A DNA stretch of 64,000 bases, from positions 2,464,001 to 2,528,000 of the forward strand of contig OZ244960.1 of NCBI GenBank assembly GCA_965222605.1. Direction: 5' to 3'. Below, piece after piece: positions 58,019 through 64,000 of the stretch (position 1 is its first letter; the number at the start of each line of letters is the position of its first letter). Made by a program: the position numbers and the translations under genes. This DNA comes from Candidatus Latescibacterota bacterium (GTDB lineage: Bacteria; Latescibacterota; UBA2968). Under the pieces are notes generated by a model, which was not told the DNA's origin, did not search any database, and was given only the letters and a program-made list of their open reading frames with translations.

Positions 58019-58097
58019 CGGGACGGCACAGGGACCGTCCCCTACGATAATACTGTTAATCCGATTTTTTGTAGGGGCGACCCCCTGTGGTCGCCCG
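58019..58097. repeat. Pair of oppositely oriented GTAG-type REP elements
   Basis: CGGGACGGCACAGGGACCGTCCCCTAC, 25 bp spacer, GTAGGGGCGACCCCCTGTGGTCGCCCG. Confidence 0.8.
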
Positions 58098-58129
58098 CTA
58101 ACCTTACACATTTTTTAAAGGAGATCCAG

Positions 58130-58582
58130 ATGAGACATTTTACTATTTCTTTACTGAGCTTATTCCTTCTTCCCGCGCTGGTCGGGGCGCACTGCGAGAT
58201 ACCGTGTGGGATCTATGGCGATGAGGGTCGGTTTGACGCGCTATTGGAAAACGCGACCACCATTGAAAAGTCGATGAATGAAATCAAAAAATTGTCGGGA
58301 GAAAGCGAAAAAAATTACAACCAGATCGTGCGGTGGGTCGTCAACAAAGAGCACCATGCCGATCAGATTCGCGATATTGTGGCACAATATTTCCTGGCGC
58401 AACGGATCAAAGAACCCGCTGAAGGGGATGCCGCGGCTGCGAAAGCCTATACCGAAAAACTAATGGTATTGCACAAAATTATTCGCACGGCGATGCTGTG
58501 CAAACAAACCACAGACCCGAAAAACGCGCAGACCTTGCGCGATCACATAAACGCTTTTCAGACGCTTTACAACGCGAAATAG
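58130..58582 (+). CDS. sodN: Nickel superoxide dismutase with a hydrophobic leader
   Basis: Ni-hook HCEIPCGIY, NQIVRWVVNKEHHA, YFLAQR. AAGGAG RBS. Confidence 0.93.
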   Translation: MRHFTISLLSLFLLPALVGAHCEIPCGIYGDEGRFDALLENATTIEKSMNEIKKLSGESEKNYNQIVRWVVNKEHHADQIRDIVAQYFLAQRIKEPAEGDAAAAKAYTEKLMVLHKIIRTAMLCKQTTDPKNAQTLRDHINAFQTLYNAK

Positions 58583-58604
58583 TTATGTTCACCATTGCTT
58601 TTTT

Positions 58605-58642
58605 AATGGGACAGTCTCAATGGAGATTGTCCCATTTTTTTT
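58605..58642 (+). terminator. Terminator after sodN
   Basis: AATGGGACAGTCTC-aatg-GAGATTGTCCCATT followed by a T-run. Confidence 0.8.
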
Positions 58643-58650
58643 CTTTTTTC

Positions 58651-58716
58651 TTGCGCTTCTGAATTGTCTTTGATATATTTTCCGCCCCATTAGCACTCGA
58701 CAGGAGAGAGTGCTAA
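58651..58716 (+). promoter_or_regulatory. groESL promoter with CIRCE (HrcA operator)
   Basis: Perfect TTAGCACTC-N9-GAGTGCTAA at 58690-58716; TTGCGC-17 bp-TATATT upstream. Confidence 0.95.
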
Positions 58717-58767
58717 AACATATTATCCGTTTATTTTCACTCCACCTCGCATAAGGAGGCTATAACA

Positions 58768-60730
<1,963 letters not shown>

Positions 60731-60750
60731 GCAGTCAGCTTTTCGCAACG

Positions 60751-60784
60751 AAAAAGGGACACCCAATTGGGTGTCCCTTTTTTT
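60751..60784 (+). terminator. Terminator after groEL
   Basis: AAAAAGGGACACCC-aatt-GGGTGTCCCTTTTTTT. Confidence 0.88.
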
Positions 60785-60862
60785 GGGGAATTATATACAA
60801 TAGTACCGAGATCAAGCAGTTCTGGACCGTAGAATCGAGGTTCGAATCCCCAAGGGGCTACC
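60784..60862 (+). pseudogene. Degenerate tRNA-like sequence (Gln-CTG-like 5' part)
   Basis: TGGGGAAT start, TTCTGGA loop, GAGGTTCGAATCC T-arm, GGGGCTACC end. Acceptor and D stems do not pair. Confidence 0.45.
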
Positions 60863-60893
60863 TATTTTTTCGCTGAACTTTGATTCTATCTTC

Positions 60894-60942
60894 AAAGGCC
60901 GTAAGAGTTTTTGCTCCAACTGAGCAACACTTACGGCCTTTT
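60894..60942. repeat. Long hairpin downstream of the tRNA-like remnant
   Basis: AAAGGCCGTAAG..TTGCTC-caact-GAGCAA..CTTACGGCCTTT. Confidence 0.65.
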
Positions 60943-61245
60943 ATTTTTTCCATCAAAAGTATCGAAAGCGATCAATTCTTTCACCATACCGCTAATTCAT
61001 CGTTCAAATTTTACACTTTTTTGCCAACGCTTGTCCTCCTCTATCCTCGCTTCAACAGGCAATCCACAAATTCAAGTTGTAAACAAGAGCACAATACAGC
61101 ATATTGAAAGCATAATGAAGTGCCTGAACTTCTGACAAGCCCCTTTTATCGCTCAATTTTGTGATAATTGGCCTGAGATTTGCTTGAGGTCTGAATGTTG
61201 CGTTTGTCCAAAATACGACCAACCTTCAGAACAAAGGAAGCAGAA

Positions 61246-61629
61246 GTGTCAGACGACCACAATTCAATTAAAGAATATAAAGGCATTCTGGGACAGGTCA
61301 CTTCACCTCTGGTATTTTTTGCTCTGGCACTTTTGGTCATTGAAGGAATCATTGGAATTACGGTTGTTAAATCAAAACTCGACGCTATACAGCAATTCTA
61401 CATGATTCTTGTTATGGCCTTTCTATTTCTGGCTGTTGTCGGCCTCGTTGCATGGATTACTGTGAAATATCCCTTGAACTTAATGGATAAAGTTGATGAA
61501 AGCATAGCACGCAATGAAGAGATCGAAAATTTCGTAGAAAGTGACATGTTTAGGGATACTGTCATCGACATCGTAACTGATATTGTCCAGCGGTCACAAT
61601 CAAAGGAGCGAGAAAATGGATCAAAATGA
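61246..61629 (+). CDS. Hypothetical two-TM membrane protein
   Basis: Two hydrophobic helices and an acidic tail; AT-rich; GTG start after AAGGA (start uncertain). Confidence 0.6.
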   Translation: MSDDHNSIKEYKGILGQVTSPLVFFALALLVIEGIIGITVVKSKLDAIQQFYMILVMAFLFLAVVGLVAWITVKYPLNLMDKVDESIARNEEIENFVESDMFRDTVIDIVTDIVQRSQSKERENGSK

Positions 61630-61885
61630 ACGAGGAGCGATAAAGGATATTGTTAAAGTGATCTATCACTCCAGGGGGGATTGGCGCACGCCAGGGGGCA
61701 TTGCGAGAGATCTCCAAATTTCTTCTGAAACAGTAACCCAAATCGTCAAAAGCCACCCCGAATTTTTTATTTTAGCAGGTGATGAGCGTGCGAAATTTGC
61801 CCTTCGTCCCGGCGGTCTCGATGCCGTGTCACTCACTGATAGTGCGCGAAACTTATATCTTCAAGAGCTAACGCTGAGTGCATAG
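61616..61885 (+). CDS. Small hypothetical protein, possible winged HTH
   Basis: AAGGAG RBS. WRTPGGIARDLQISSETV. Overlaps the upstream gene. Confidence 0.55.
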   Translation: MDQNERGAIKDIVKVIYHSRGDWRTPGGIARDLQISSETVTQIVKSHPEFFILAGDERAKFALRPGGLDAVSLTDSARNLYLQELTLSA

Positions 61886-61886
61886 C

Positions 61887-63188
61887 TTACGACACATCTC
61901 GCCCTATCTTCAATCTTTCAGGACAAAAAAACACCCGATTATTGATCACCTCACCTGCTTCTTTATCCGGATAACGAGACTCCCCATCAAAAAAAACAAA
62001 AGGTGGATATTGTCCCCCGGAAATGGTATTGGCGCCAGTGGGGCGTTCCAGATTCGCCTCGTTAAAAATCGTATCCTGGGGCAAAGCGAGCTGTGTTTTC
62101 CAATTCCTATCCCCCTCGTTCAAAGTCAACCAGACCAGGCGTTTGCCCTCTATTTCCCAGTTCAATCCACGCGTGGGTTTGCCATTATTCCAGCCCTTGC
62201 CGAGAGGCTGAAGTTCAAGCAAAGCATAAAGAGTACCCGCTTCATCCATACTAAATGCACCGCGGCATCCTGTTGGGCGGTGGTCTGGAAAGCCCGCATC
62301 AATAGATTCTCGCTGCCAGATACCCTTTTCATTGCGCCAGGCATGAACGATTTCACCCGGCTCATCCAAATGCGAAATATAGAGAATATGTGGTCCCTGA
62401 GAGGAAACCACGATACAACCCTGTGAGAGAACCTCGGGACGAGGCATGGGTTCGTGGCGTTCATCTTCCTCGGAACGAACAAGAATATCGAGCTGTTCGG
62501 GCCGCGCTGGCAATTCAATACGCGCGCCATCGGCTCTCTCCCATGTCTCTCCACCGTCTCGGCTGCACATATAACACACAGCCTGATATAACCCGCGCTG
62601 ATCGTGGATCCCCTTACCCTCGTAAAAGTCTATCACAAGGTGAAGAACGCCATCTGCACCAATAGCCATACCAGTCTGGAAAGCACCGTAACCAGTATAA
62701 TCCTCACGACGCACGATCAATTTTCCGCGTTCTCGCCAGGCACCATCTCTACTTTTAGAATAAAAATCCACACCATCCCAGCGATTGGGTGAACGCAACG
62801 TTAAATAAAGCGTATCGTCCAAACCGCACACAACAACGGGATAGGTCCCCGATCCAGCCGGCTGTCCCTCTGTCCATTCACCTGCGTCATTTGGTCGCAC
62901 CGACCGTCGATATGTCACTGGCGAATTGTGGCCGCTCATAACAGCTTGCAAATAGCCCTGGTGATCAACAGTTATAATCGGACGCGCGTGATTGTCGCGT
63001 CCCCTGTTAAAAGTCAGCGGCTTTGACCATTCCCCAGTATCGCGATCAAAAGTGCAAACCCTGTTGAAATAGCCCTCACCTGTAACATCCTGCCAGACCA
63101 CATGTGTTCTTCCACCGAACGTAACAACCTTATTCCCCGCGCCAGAAGTCGCGCGTTCACTGCCAATTTGAGAGATTAATCTGGGCAT
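61887..63188 (-). CDS. BNR-4/Asp-box beta-propeller protein
   Basis: DNHARPIITVDHQGYL, TYP, SRDGGETW. Confidence 0.8.
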   Translation of the reverse strand: MPRLISQIGSERATSGAGNKVVTFGGRTHVVWQDVTGEGYFNRVCTFDRDTGEWSKPLTFNRGRDNHARPIITVDHQGYLQAVMSGHNSPVTYRRSVRPNDAGEWTEGQPAGSGTYPVVVCGLDDTLYLTLRSPNRWDGVDFYSKSRDGAWRERGKLIVRREDYTGYGAFQTGMAIGADGVLHLVIDFYEGKGIHDQRGLYQAVCYMCSRDGGETWERADGARIELPARPEQLDILVRSEEDERHEPMPRPEVLSQGCIVVSSQGPHILYISHLDEPGEIVHAWRNEKGIWQRESIDAGFPDHRPTGCRGAFSMDEAGTLYALLELQPLGKGWNNGKPTRGLNWEIEGKRLVWLTLNEGDRNWKTQLALPQDTIFNEANLERPTGANTISGGQYPPFVFFDGESRYPDKEAGEVINNRVFFCPERLKIGRDVS

Positions 63189-63242
63189 ATTGAACTCTCT
63201 CCTTAATTGGAAATTCAACGACTGGATTATATGCTAAATGGT

Positions 63243-63301
63243 CAGTCAAAACCTCTGGATTGCGGCTCAAAACCATGCCGCAATGACAGTCAAAACCTCT
63301 G
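63243..63301. repeat. Small hairpin flanked by 15-bp direct repeats
   Basis: CAGTCAAAACCTCTG at 63243-63257 and 63287-63301, around ATTGCGGC..GCCGCAAT. Confidence 0.75.
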
Positions 63302-63325
63302 AATTAAGTTAATAAACAAACTCTT

Positions 63326-64000
63326 TCATATTCTAAACCGCTCAAAAACCAGATACTGATACGAATGTTCTTCCCCCGCCTCATACAAACACCCAATATC
63401 CCCATCGGGTAACAGAGTTAGGCAGGAATACGCTGCGGGACCCTCGTGCAACAGCTTTTCCCGGGACCACGTCTCCCCGCCATCCTCGCTCAACCGCACA
63501 GTCATATTCACGCGCTCCCCTCTTCCCTTGCCCGGATAAAACCGTTCTCCAGCTTCGGGACTTTCTACCGGCGTGACCGACACGGGATTTGAAAAAATCA
63601 ACCGGTCGCCTTCGCCTATCAAACTCGCCTGACATTTCGGACATGGCAAATTCGCATCGTGTACAACCTCTGACCAATTGTGACCACCATCCCCACTAAC
63701 CGAAATCCCCCGCAACCCCTCACTATACGTCTGCATCCGAATATTCATCTTCAACGACCCATCCCCCAGTTCCACAACCTGACATTCATTCGCACCCGGC
63801 GTGATCAACGCACTCAACTGCCAAGTTGCCCCGTGGTCATCGCTATAAATCGTATGTGAACCATTCCCATAATTCCCATCCTCCCGATGATCGCACGGAA
63901 TCACCAGCCGCCCCCTGTGCTCCCCGCGTTGCAATTGAATCCCAACACCCGGACCCGTCGCATACCAACCCCATGCAGGCCTCTTCACAGCCGCAGTAAT
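63326..64000 (-). CDS. Sialidase-family (GH33/BNR) protein, 5'-truncated by the window edge
   Basis: Asp boxes SDDHGATW, SGDGGHNW, SEDGGETW; ANECQ, AYS. Frame is open to 64000. Confidence 0.88.
   Translation of the reverse strand: MTAAVKRPAWGWYATGPGVGIQLQRGEHRGRLVIPCDHREDGNYGNGSHTIYSDDHGATWQLSALITPGANECQVVELGDGSLKMNIRMQTYSEGLRGISVSGDGGHNWSEVVHDANLPCPKCQASLIGEGDRLIFSNPVSVTPVESPEAGERFYPGKGRGERVNMTVRLSEDGGETWSREKLLHEGPAAYSCLTLLPDGDIGCLYEAGEEHSYQYLVFERFRI

Noticed and set aside
60784-60862. Functional tRNA-Gln
   Set aside because: Acceptor, D and anticodon stems do not pair; kept only as a remnant.

Overview
Bacterial chromosomal window with about 50 genes. I see no rRNA, no intact tRNA, no CRISPR array and no prophage. 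The content (five PhyH dioxygenases, sulfatase, sialidase/BNR proteins, a GWxTD protein, NiSOD, double-length UvrA, HrcA/CIRCE control) suggests an uncultured diderm such as a Latescibacterota/Gemmatimonadota-type marine or sponge-associated bacterium; this is inference only. Housekeeping genes: gcvPA/gcvPB, rel, glgP, uvrA, rnr, sodN, groES/groEL. Accessory content: a PhyH/sulfatase cluster, a sugar ABC transporter with no binding protein, and an SDR-epimerase-HD-acyl-CoA ligase-Ldh_2 operon. There are many signs of turnover: an intact IS982-type element splitting an aldo/keto reductase, a binding protein with internal deletions, a sigma-54 activator remnant, a decayed tRNA, and four kinds of small intergenic repeat. 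The best candidate for an undescribed system is a GC-rich, apparently imported gene that fuses a signal peptide and an atypical kinase fold (DRHH loop) to an Omp85 barrel, followed by a truncated membrane partner. Other oddities are a RelE-like toxin with a Cys-rich insert and three apparent pseudo-enzymes (Rel hydrolase domain, YchF paralogue, membrane-anchored receiver). All family calls come from motif recognition by eye; no database searches were run.
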